Assembly (NCBI GenBank): GCA_022844165.1 | Contig: JALHMH010000005.1 | Span: 64,001-128,000, forward strand | Direction of reading: 5' to 3' | From: Lysobacterales bacterium | GTDB lineage: Bacteria; Pseudomonadota; Gammaproteobacteria; Xanthomonadales; SZUA-5 | Length of the DNA: 64,000 bases | In this document: piece after piece, positions 19,269-27,769 of the stretch | Layout of the letters: each line of letters opens with the position of its first letter | Numbering within the stretch: the stretch's first letter is position 1 | Notes under the pieces: model-generated | The model's database searches: none | The model's input: the letters and a program-made list of their open reading frames with translations, nothing else | What the model was told of the DNA's origin: nothing | Translations under genes and position numbers: made by a program

Positions 19269-21815
19269 TTAGAGCCGTGGATCGATAGGCTCGCTTTCGA
19301 GCGCCAACACACCGAACACGCACTCATGCACGCGATACAGCGGCTCGCGATCGACGAATCGGTGTAGCGCCTCCAATCCCAGCGCAAATTCGCGCGCCGC
19401 GAGCGAACGTTTGCCGCTGACCGCACGCACGCGCAGCGCCTCCAGTTGCGCAGGTTCGGTGTATGTGGGCCCGTAGATGATGCGCAAGTATTCGCGGCCG
19501 CGGCATTTGATGGCTGGCTGCAGCAGCAGCCCCTTGCGATCGCGAACCACGGACTCGACCGGCTTTACGACCATGCCTTCGGCACTCTTTTCTGTGATCG
19601 AATGCCACCAGTCGCTGGCTTCGCGCTCGCTTGATGGATCGCCAAGTTCGACCCAGCGTCGGTCGGTCGCCACCAGACCGATGGGATTCACCGCACACAA
19701 TGCATCGAGTACGTCCAATTGCCAACGATGGCTTTTCGCCAAACCGACCTGTCCCTCGATCGCCAGCACATGGAACGGCGCGATCTTCAAGTCGCCCGGA
19801 TTGTTCACCGTCCAGCAGTAACGATGATATGCGTCAATGTAAAGCCCGACCAATTGGCCGCGAGTCGCGTACTTCGCTGCGAGGTCGGCGATGTCGACAC
19901 CGCGCTCCAGCGCTTGCGTCAACAAGGCATTAGCGGCACCCAGTGCCGCAGCGCCGGCCGCGCCAGTCGGTGCGTATTGCAGCCGCAACAGCTCTTCGGC
20001 CTTCGCCGACCACGGCAACAACTCGGCATCCAGCACGATCCATTCGCTCTGCAACCTGGCCCACAATCCAGCGGCCGTCATCGCTTCGTCAAGCCGATCG
20101 AGCAACGCGTTTTCGACCGTTCGGTCCTTGAAAAAGCGTCGACCGGTGCGCGTGACGATGACGCCGCGACCATCGTTTTCGATTTGAAACCGTGCCGACG
20201 CGGTGTGCGTATCGCGACACAGCACGATCACGGCGCGCGAGCCCATGTGCTTTTCCTGGCACACCAACTCACGCACGCCTTGACCACGAAAGTAGCCGAA
20301 GGCTTCTTCTGGCCGTTCCAGCAGATCGCCTTCTGGCGCCGTGGCCGGTGGCGACATCGTCGGCGGCAAATACACCAGCCAGCGCGGATCGACAGCGAAT
20401 CGACTCATCACCTCGAGCGCTGCGCGCGCATTTTCTTCCTGCACCGTAATGCGCCGCCCGAAACGGGTTTCGACCGATCGTTTGCCGAGTACATCGTCGA
20501 TATCGAGCGTCAGCCCAGCACGCAGTTGCGTGAGCGCTGCGAGTGGTTTGATCGGTGCGTAGTGCACCTTTTCAGCAGGCACCGCAATGATCTCGCGCTC
20601 GGGATAGCGTAGGGCCGTCAACTCCCCGCCGAACACACAACCGGTGTCGATACAGATCGTGCGGTTGATCCACTCCGCATGCAGAACGGGCGTGTGCCCG
20701 TACACCACCATCGCCTTGCCACGATAGTCGTTGGCCCATTGGTAGCGCACCGGCAAGCCGTACTCGTCGGTCTCGCCGGTGGTTTCGCCATACAGTGCAA
20801 ACTCGCGGACAGCGCCGGACGTGCGCCCTTGCAGACTCTCTTTGAGGCCTGCGTGGGCGACAACAAGCTTGCCTTCATCGAGCACAAAATGGCTGACGAG
20901 GCCGTCGATGAACTCGCGCGCCTGGATCTTGAACTCAGCAGGTTCGGATTCGATTTGCTCAAGCGTCTCGGCGATGCCATGCGTCAGGCTGACCTGGCGA
21001 CCGGCCAGTTTGCGCATCAGCTTGATATCGTGATTGCCAGGCACGCACAGCGCGCTGCCTTGTTCGACCATGGCCATGACCAGATACAAAACGCCCGGCG
21101 AATCCGGGCCCCGATCCACCAGATCGCCTAGAAACAGCGCGCGACGCCCCGGTGGCGCTTGCACCTGTGGCGCCTCGCGGGTGCCACCGATCGCATAACC
21201 GAGTTTGTCGAGCAAGGTCTTGAGCTCGCTCAAGCAGCCGTGTACATCGCCAATCAGATCGAAGGGCCCCTGGTCGTGACGCTTATCGTTCCAAAGCCGT
21301 GTACGCTGTACAACCGCACGCGCCACATCGTCGACCCGTTTGAGCACCGTGACGTGTCGAAAACCCTCGCGCTCCAGACCCCGCATCGAACGGTGCAAAG
21401 CTTGCACCTGGCCGCGAATCACATGCGCGCCAAACTGGCGGTCAGGCCGGGTTTGATTGCGCTCATGGTAGAGCGCCTCCGGCAAATCGAAGACGATCGC
21501 CACTGGCAATACATGATGCTGTTTGGCCAAGGTCACCAGATGCTTGCGATCATCGCTGCGCACGTTGGTGGCATCGACCACGGTGAGCAATCCTGCCGCC
21601 AGGCGTTTGGCGGCAATGAAATACAGCACGTCAAAAGCATCTTTGGTCGCAGCCTGATCGTTTTCGTCGTCGCTCACCAACCCCCGGCAGACGTCTGACG
21701 ACAAGACTTCAGTGGTTTTGAAATGGCTGCGCGCGAAGGTGCTCTTGCCGGCGCCGGATGGGCCGATCAGCACCACCAGACATAGCGCTGGAACGTCAAT
21801 GGTCAGTGCGGTCAT
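19269..21815 (-). CDS. pnkp: Bacterial polynucleotide kinase-phosphatase-ligase (Pnkp)
   Basis: Kinase P-loop GPSGAGKST and DATN; metallophosphoesterase GDVHG/GDLVDRG/GNHD/YGHTP/DTGC; ligase motif EKHMGSR; KCRGREYLRIIYG; ends ESEPIDPRL. Confidence 0.95.
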   Translation of the reverse strand: MTALTIDVPALCLVVLIGPSGAGKSTFARSHFKTTEVLSSDVCRGLVSDDENDQAATKDAFDVLYFIAAKRLAAGLLTVVDATNVRSDDRKHLVTLAKQHHVLPVAIVFDLPEALYHERNQTRPDRQFGAHVIRGQVQALHRSMRGLEREGFRHVTVLKRVDDVARAVVQRTRLWNDKRHDQGPFDLIGDVHGCLSELKTLLDKLGYAIGGTREAPQVQAPPGRRALFLGDLVDRGPDSPGVLYLVMAMVEQGSALCVPGNHDIKLMRKLAGRQVSLTHGIAETLEQIESEPAEFKIQAREFIDGLVSHFVLDEGKLVVAHAGLKESLQGRTSGAVREFALYGETTGETDEYGLPVRYQWANDYRGKAMVVYGHTPVLHAEWINRTICIDTGCVFGGELTALRYPEREIIAVPAEKVHYAPIKPLAALTQLRAGLTLDIDDVLGKRSVETRFGRRITVQEENARAALEVMSRFAVDPRWLVYLPPTMSPPATAPEGDLLERPEEAFGYFRGQGVRELVCQEKHMGSRAVIVLCRDTHTASARFQIENDGRGVIVTRTGRRFFKDRTVENALLDRLDEAMTAAGLWARLQSEWIVLDAELLPWSAKAEELLRLQYAPTGAAGAAALGAANALLTQALERGVDIADLAAKYATRGQLVGLYIDAYHRYCWTVNNPGDLKIAPFHVLAIEGQVGLAKSHRWQLDVLDALCAVNPIGLVATDRRWVELGDPSSEREASDWWHSITEKSAEGMVVKPVESVVRDRKGLLLQPAIKCRGREYLRIIYGPTYTEPAQLEALRVRAVSGKRSLAAREFALGLEALHRFVDREPLYRVHECVFGVLALESEPIDPRL

Positions 21816-23200
21816 GGCAGCTCCCGCTTCTTGAAGACCGCCATCTGGGTAGGCGTCCCTAACGTGGCATCGACGTTGCCGATACCGCGCAGTTGCACGT
21901 CGTAGTCGTAGCGATCGGCCACTTCAGCAGACCACGCAGCGAATTCGGCACGTGTCCACTCGAAGCGATGATCGCCATGGCGGAAGGTGCCGGGCCTTAG
22001 CGCTTCGAACAGTACGTTGTAGTCGGCATTGGGCGTGGTCACAACGACCAATGGCGATGCCGCATGGCCGAAGAGGTTGGCCTGCACAGCCTCCAGGCGT
22101 TCTGCATCAATGTGTTCGACGACCTCCACAGCAACTACCGCATCGAAGCCTCTCAGCGCATCATCGCGATAGGTCAGGCTCGACTGTTTGAGTTCGATTC
22201 GCGCACGTTGCAGCGCCGGCAAACGGTCGAGTTTCAGCCGATCGGCGGCGCGTTCCAGCGCAACGCACGACACATCGACGCCGAGCAGTTTGTCGAAACG
22301 GCGCTCTTCCATCAGCAGCGCTAACAGCCGCCCTTCGCCGCAGCCCACATCGACGACCGAATGCGCGCCGCGTTCGACCAGTACTTCGAGAACGGCGCGC
22401 AAACGCTGCTCGTTCAACGACAACGGACGTTCGATGTTCGCCTCGCGTTCGTCGCGCTGCTGATCGGCAGTCTCGGCATCGTCCTCATCCTCGAGTATCA
22501 ACTGCGACAAGGCCTCGCGCACCAGCGATCGACGTTGCTTCAGATAGCGCGACGTAATCCACTCGCGCTCCGGGTGCGCAGCCAGCCACGGCCCGGCGTG
22601 ATCGACCAGTTTTTGCACCTCATCGCTACCGACGTAGTAATGCTTGTCGCCATCCAATGCCGGCAGCAACACGTATAGATGCGACAACACTCCGGACAGT
22701 TTCAGCGTGCCGGCCAGGCGCAAAGCGATGTACGGGGAAGCACCCCATTCGGGGAACTTCGAATCGAGCGGCAGAGCCTCAATCGTTACCGTGTCGTAAC
22801 CGAGCGGCGCCAGCACCGCCTCGATCCTGGCTCGACCAGCACGACAGCGCAGCACCGGCACGTTGACCTCCAATGGAATCGCTGTGTGCGCCAGTTCGGG
22901 ACGCTCTTTGGATTCGCCGCGACGCAAAATCCGCGCAATCGCTACGGCCATGAACGACGCGGCGACAAAGGGCCGATCGTTCACATAGTGTCCGATGGTC
23001 TCGCCGCGACCACGCACCAACGCCACCGGGTCAATATCCAGCAGCAGCGCCACAGTGCAGCGCTCGGCATTTGCTTCAGGATAAAACACGTGCGCCTGTC
23101 CAACGGTTAACTCGAACGATTGCGCGCGCGCAGGATTTTTGCCGATCAGATAACCCAGATCGGTTGCCGGTTGGTGAGTCGTGGTGAGCGTTATGAGCAC
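21812..23200 (-). CDS. hen1: 3' terminal RNA ribose 2'-O-methyltransferase Hen1
   Basis: N-terminal PATDLGYL...AHVFYPEA, YVNDRP, KHY.VG.DEV.KL; SAM motif DVGCGEG; EVVEH, TTPN.DYN, RH.DHRFEW; ATGA overlap with pnkp. GTG start inferred. Confidence 0.93.
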   Translation of the reverse strand: MLITLTTTHQPATDLGYLIGKNPARAQSFELTVGQAHVFYPEANAERCTVALLLDIDPVALVRGRGETIGHYVNDRPFVAASFMAVAIARILRRGESKERPELAHTAIPLEVNVPVLRCRAGRARIEAVLAPLGYDTVTIEALPLDSKFPEWGASPYIALRLAGTLKLSGVLSHLYVLLPALDGDKHYYVGSDEVQKLVDHAGPWLAAHPEREWITSRYLKQRRSLVREALSQLILEDEDDAETADQQRDEREANIERPLSLNEQRLRAVLEVLVERGAHSVVDVGCGEGRLLALLMEERRFDKLLGVDVSCVALERAADRLKLDRLPALQRARIELKQSSLTYRDDALRGFDAVVAVEVVEHIDAERLEAVQANLFGHAASPLVVVTTPNADYNVLFEALRPGTFRHGDHRFEWTRAEFAAWSAEVADRYDYDVQLRGIGNVDATLGTPTQMAVFKKRELP

Positions 23201-23305
23201 GAGCTTCGACCTGAATGGACCTGATTGAAAGCAATAGTCCGCGCACCATGGCGCGACCGTTCTGAGCAAGCTACCATCTCGCGGTCGCCAAGCCGAGCAA
23301 CGCAG

Positions 23306-24655
23306 ATGCGCTTTCCAATACTGTGGGCATTGTTATTCGCCACTGCGGCATCCGCTCAAGATCGTCACCCGACGGTGATCGCGGATATCTCTGGCATCGG
23401 CGCCGAACGCATCGCCAGGCTGAAATCCGAATCGATCTGGTCGGTGGAGATGGGCATGGAGATGCTGCTCGCCGTCGACGCCGGGCAACATGACCAGTGG
23501 CTAAAACGAGACGGCATCCGCAACGGTCTGGGACACCTCAATCGCGATGAGGTCTGGATTCGCGACCATGTTTGCACGCACCAGGCCGTGATGCCAGCAC
23601 TTGGCACAGTGGGCGGTTACGAGGTTCTACGGCAGCCACCCGCCATGATCCGTTATGCGAAAGCGCATGGCATTCCGGGAACCGACGCACCCGCGGACGG
23701 CGTTCTCGCGCGCGAAGCCCGCAATGAACCGGGCGGCGTGGTGCGCGGAAAATCGCTGCCGAGTGTGCAGTCTTTGGTTGATCGCGTCGATGCCGAACGC
23801 TGGTTTCAAACGATGAGCCTGCTCGCGGCTTTCAATCGCAACAGCTTCAGTCCCACGCTTTCGACGGCACGCGACTGGGTGCTTTCGGCTTTCGAAGGCG
23901 CCGCCTTACGCACCGAAGTGTTCGAGTACCAGATGCCGAGCATCACCAGTTGCAACCCGGCGACAGCACCGATCAATCTTAGCAATCCTGTTGGCCGCAA
24001 GATTGGTGAGCGCCTGCCCGATGAGTGGATCGTCATCGGTGCGCATTACGATTCGCGCAACAGTGCGCGCTGCGATGGCACCGCCAACCCCCAGCCCGGC
24101 GCCAACGATAATGCGTCGGGCTGTGCGGGCGTCATCGAACTGGCGCGCATCTTCGCCGATGTGCCGACGCAGCGCTCGATTTTATTCATGTGCTACTCGG
24201 GTGAGGAACAGGGCCTCTGGGGCAGCCGCCGTTACGTCGAAGCGCTGCAGGCGAATGGCGATATCGCCAAGGTCAAACACATGATCAATCTCGACATGTT
24301 GGGCTTCGACTCCGGTGGTACGCTCGATGCACGGGTCGAGACCAATACCACGCACGCCGCTTTGTTGGTCCAGTATCGGACAGCCGCAACCACATACGCA
24401 CCGGAACTCAATTTGATCACCAGCAGCAATACCAGCGCCGGATCCGATCATTGGTACTTTTTACAAGCGGGCGTTCCCGCGGTATTTACGTGGGAAAACG
24501 GCGCCAGCATTTATCCGCACTACCATCGGGACACCGATCTGCCGGCCAACATGACCCGGGCCAGAGAACTGGCGGGTGGAATTTTGAAAATGGACACCGC
24601 AATGCTCGCTGAAATGGCCATCCTGGGGGCGACGTTTGCCGATGGATTCGAGTGA
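23306..24655 (+). CDS. Secreted M28-family metallopeptidase with C-terminal FADGFE tag
   Basis: Signal peptide MRFPILWALLFATAASA; GAHYD, GANDNASG, GEEQGL, NLDM, SDH, YH...D. Confidence 0.88.
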   Translation: MRFPILWALLFATAASAQDRHPTVIADISGIGAERIARLKSESIWSVEMGMEMLLAVDAGQHDQWLKRDGIRNGLGHLNRDEVWIRDHVCTHQAVMPALGTVGGYEVLRQPPAMIRYAKAHGIPGTDAPADGVLAREARNEPGGVVRGKSLPSVQSLVDRVDAERWFQTMSLLAAFNRNSFSPTLSTARDWVLSAFEGAALRTEVFEYQMPSITSCNPATAPINLSNPVGRKIGERLPDEWIVIGAHYDSRNSARCDGTANPQPGANDNASGCAGVIELARIFADVPTQRSILFMCYSGEEQGLWGSRRYVEALQANGDIAKVKHMINLDMLGFDSGGTLDARVETNTTHAALLVQYRTAATTYAPELNLITSSNTSAGSDHWYFLQAGVPAVFTWENGASIYPHYHRDTDLPANMTRARELAGGILKMDTAMLAEMAILGATFADGFE

Positions 24656-24679
24656 TCGAGTCTGCTACCGAAGGCGCCA

Positions 24680-25291
24680 ATGCCAGTGCAATCGTCCTCC
24701 TTGATCGACAATAACCCAGCCATCTGGCGCGCACGCGATGCCGAACGGCGGCGGCTGCCAGCGCAGCCAACGCGGCACGCCGCGCTTGATGCGGTGTTAC
24801 CCGGTGGCGGCTGGCCGGTGGGCATGCTCAGCGAAATTCTGGCGCCGCAGTTGGGATTCGGCCAGCTTTCGCTACTCGCGCCGATGTTGGCGGAACGCTC
24901 GCGACAACAACATCGTATCGTTTTTGTTCATCCGCCCTGCCCACCGTACGCGCCAACGTTGGCACAATCCGGCATCGCCCTGGATCAAGTATTGTGGCTC
25001 GATATCGAAAAAGAGCGCGATGCACTTTGGGCGGCGGAACAAACCTTGGCGAGCCGCACACCGGCGGTGGTCATGTTGTGGGTCGATAACGCCAACGAAC
25101 GCGCTTTACGGCGCCTGGCGCTCGCCGTCGAAGGCAGCCAGTCGCTGGCATTCGTCTTTCGCCCGCTCAGCGAAGTCGTCGAGATCTCGCCTGCGGCATT
25201 GCGCATTTGTATCGACGCGCCAGACAAGCCACTGCGTATCGTCAAAGCACGCGGGTTGCATTGCTCGCTGGCGCAACCACTGTTGGTATGA
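24680..25291 (+). CDS. imuA: Translesion synthesis accessory protein ImuA
   Basis: ALDAVLPGGGWP.G.L.EIL, PP..PYAP, LWAAEQ.L, LRRL.LA, SPAALR, KARG. Confidence 0.88.
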   Translation: MPVQSSSLIDNNPAIWRARDAERRRLPAQPTRHAALDAVLPGGGWPVGMLSEILAPQLGFGQLSLLAPMLAERSRQQHRIVFVHPPCPPYAPTLAQSGIALDQVLWLDIEKERDALWAAEQTLASRTPAVVMLWVDNANERALRRLALAVEGSQSLAFVFRPLSEVVEISPAALRICIDAPDKPLRIVKARGLHCSLAQPLLV

Positions 25292-26838
25292 GTGTGCGCC
25301 GCGCTGTCGCGGCGGATGAGACTGGCGCCAGAAATGCTGCGCCGACCGCCTCGTTGGATGCGCCCATGCTGCCGCAACACGATCTTGCCGACACACCACC
25401 TCGCTGGTTGTACATCACTTTGCCGACGCTGGCGATCGATTTGATCGAACGCCAAAGTCCGGTTGCCGCCCCGCGTGTCGTCGTCGATGGACCCGAATTG
25501 CGCGCCAGCGTGTTTGCCGCAAACGCCGCCGCGCTCGCTACTGGCATTCAGCCCGGCATGCGCCTGCCCGCCGCCCAGGCGCTCGCCGCACTGACCGTAC
25601 ATCGTCGCGACCCGCTCGCCGAGAACAAGGCGCTTGAGCATTTGGCGGGTTTCGCCTATCGCTACACCAGTCGCGTTGCACTGGACACTGGGCTGACCCT
25701 GGAGATTGGTGCCAGCCTCCAATTGTTTGGCGGTTTTTTGCCATTGCACGCGGCTTTGACGCAAGGATTTGTCGAACAGGGTTTCGCCGCTCAGTTCGGC
25801 TATGGCGATTCGCCCAGCGCTGCTCGCTTGCGCTCGACCGCAGCTCGCGAACGCCACGCGCCGCTGGGCGCAATCCCACTGACATCGAGCACACTCGATC
25901 CACGTGTCGTCTCTACCTTGGCAGCCACAGGCGTGCATACGCATGGCGAATTGGCGCGATTGCCGCGCAGCGGCGTTGCACGGCGCTTTGGTCAACGCGT
26001 CATTGATTATTTGAGCCGTCTGCATGGCGAGTTACCGGAAGCGCTGACCCTCTATCGACCACCTGATCGTTACCACGCCTGGTGGGAACTACCGGCGCCC
26101 AGCGCATCGATCGATACTCTGGCCTACCCGATCAAACGTCTGCTCGCCGATCTTGCTGCTCAATTGGCCGCTCGCGATGGCGGCGTAGAACGATTTACGC
26201 TGCGTTTTGCGCTGGAGAAAGGGTTCAAGCACCGAACGGAGATCGATCAGGCACTCGACAGCGATGTTGTGCGCATCGACGTGGGTCTGCTTGAAGCCAG
26301 CCGCGATCCCGAGCGTCTGTTCGCATTGACCCGCGCGCGGCTCGAACACTTCAAACTGCCACGCGCCGTGCTCGGCATCCACCTCGAAGTTTCGCGGCTG
26401 CCAACATTCACGCCGACCGCCAGCGATCTTTTCGACGATCCTGGTGTCGATAAAACCGCGTTGAAACCACTACTCGAACGCCTGAGCGCGCGCCTGGGCA
26501 CGCACAGCTTGAAGTATCCACGCCTGTTGGCTGACCACCGTATGGAATTTGCTCAACTTTGGGAAAACACGCCGAAGGCGTCGACCGTGAAGCCAGGCAC
26601 CGCTCCACGTCCGGCGTGGTTGTTGCTTACACCTGTGCGCATCCAGATCGCCGATTTTCGGTTGGTCTCGAGCGCCGAGCGCATCGAAGGCGGCTGGTGG
26701 GACGATCGGGACCAACGTCGCGACTACTATCTCGCCGAAGTGATCCGCGCACGCAAGAATCAAGCTGTCCATGCACGCGCGTTCGTGTTTCAGGATCTCA
26801 AACAATCGGGGCAGTGGTACTTGCATGGTTGGGTGTGA
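25288..26838 (+). CDS. imuB: Inactive Y-family DNA polymerase ImuB
   Basis: GI.PGM.L..A.AL, LEIGAS..LFGG, L..LPR..VARRFG, DLF clamp-like motif, PRPAWLL, ERIEGGWWD..RDYY, WYLHG; ATGA-coupled to imuA. Confidence 0.88.
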   Translation: MSVRRAVAADETGARNAAPTASLDAPMLPQHDLADTPPRWLYITLPTLAIDLIERQSPVAAPRVVVDGPELRASVFAANAAALATGIQPGMRLPAAQALAALTVHRRDPLAENKALEHLAGFAYRYTSRVALDTGLTLEIGASLQLFGGFLPLHAALTQGFVEQGFAAQFGYGDSPSAARLRSTAARERHAPLGAIPLTSSTLDPRVVSTLAATGVHTHGELARLPRSGVARRFGQRVIDYLSRLHGELPEALTLYRPPDRYHAWWELPAPSASIDTLAYPIKRLLADLAAQLAARDGGVERFTLRFALEKGFKHRTEIDQALDSDVVRIDVGLLEASRDPERLFALTRARLEHFKLPRAVLGIHLEVSRLPTFTPTASDLFDDPGVDKTALKPLLERLSARLGTHSLKYPRLLADHRMEFAQLWENTPKASTVKPGTAPRPAWLLLTPVRIQIADFRLVSSAERIEGGWWDDRDQRRDYYLAEVIRARKNQAVHARAFVFQDLKQSGQWYLHGWV

Positions 26839-26868
26839 GGCTTGGCAGATAAGCTCTTTTCGTTGTCC

Positions 26869-26895
26869 TGCAAACGGGAAGAACCGCTTTTCGTC
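26869..26895 (+). promoter_or_regulatory. Putative ECF sigma promoter TGCAAAC-N16-CGTC
   Basis: AAC...CGT signature with a 16-nt spacer directly before the AGGAG RBS (26901-26905). Confidence 0.4.
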
Positions 26896-26912
26896 ACTTT
26901 AGGAGAATGGTT

Positions 26913-27647
26913 ATGACGACTCCGATACTCACCGCACTCTGTTGGATATCGCTCACGGCAAACGATGCCGGCGACATCGTGCGCAAAGCTCAAGAGGCGG
27001 CCGGAGGCGAGGTCTGGCGCCGGCCGACAACGCTCTATCTTGAAGGCAGTGCCGAACTGTACGCCGATGGCACACAGGCGAGCCGCAAGACCGCCGACCG
27101 CTACGTGATGTGGCGCGAATTTCCAACCTGGAACAACACCGCGCACGCAGCCAACGGCAAGGTGCGAATCGACGCTGCCGAAGGCGGGAAGACGCTCTTC
27201 CAGATCGCGTTCGACGGCGAAAAAACGTACAACCAGGATGGGGAAGTGCCTGGCGCACAAGCCAGCCGCGAATGGAGCGAAAACTTTGGCTTCGGCATCA
27301 TCCGCTTCGCGCTCGGCGAGGGTTTCAAACAAACGCTGATGGCGCCCGATACCATCGATGGGCACGCAGTTCACGTGGTCAAGATCAGCGACCCCAGCGG
27401 CGGCGACACGACGTTTGCCATCGATCAACAAAACCATCAGATCCGCCGCGTAGGCTTCAACACGCCGCGTGGATGGCATGAGCGCATTTACTCGGATTTT
27501 TTCTGGGTACAGGATCCAGGCTGGATGCAACCAGGCCGCGTACGGCTGTATTACAACGGCATCAAGACCAACGATATCCGCTGGACCAGAGCGCTGATTA
27601 ATGAGCCGATTGAGGCCAGCCGCTTTGTGATCGGCAACGAGCGCTGA
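26913..27647 (+). CDS. Hypothetical exported beta-rich protein (possibly LolA-like fold)
   Basis: Hydrophobic N-terminus; A..AAGGE.W pattern; beta-strand-rich body; AGGAG RBS 7 nt before ATG 26913. Confidence 0.6.
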   Translation: MTTPILTALCWISLTANDAGDIVRKAQEAAGGEVWRRPTTLYLEGSAELYADGTQASRKTADRYVMWREFPTWNNTAHAANGKVRIDAAEGGKTLFQIAFDGEKTYNQDGEVPGAQASREWSENFGFGIIRFALGEGFKQTLMAPDTIDGHAVHVVKISDPSGGDTTFAIDQQNHQIRRVGFNTPRGWHERIYSDFFWVQDPGWMQPGRVRLYYNGIKTNDIRWTRALINEPIEASRFVIGNER

Positions 27648-27769
27648 CAGGGCGTTGCCCGAGACCAGCGCTGGCGGCATTGTGCTAGTCTTTGGGGCTT
27701 GATTTCGCGTCGATGGCAGGGCGTTTCTTAGGGCCCATCACCGTTCGACCCAACACCCGGAGCTGTTAC

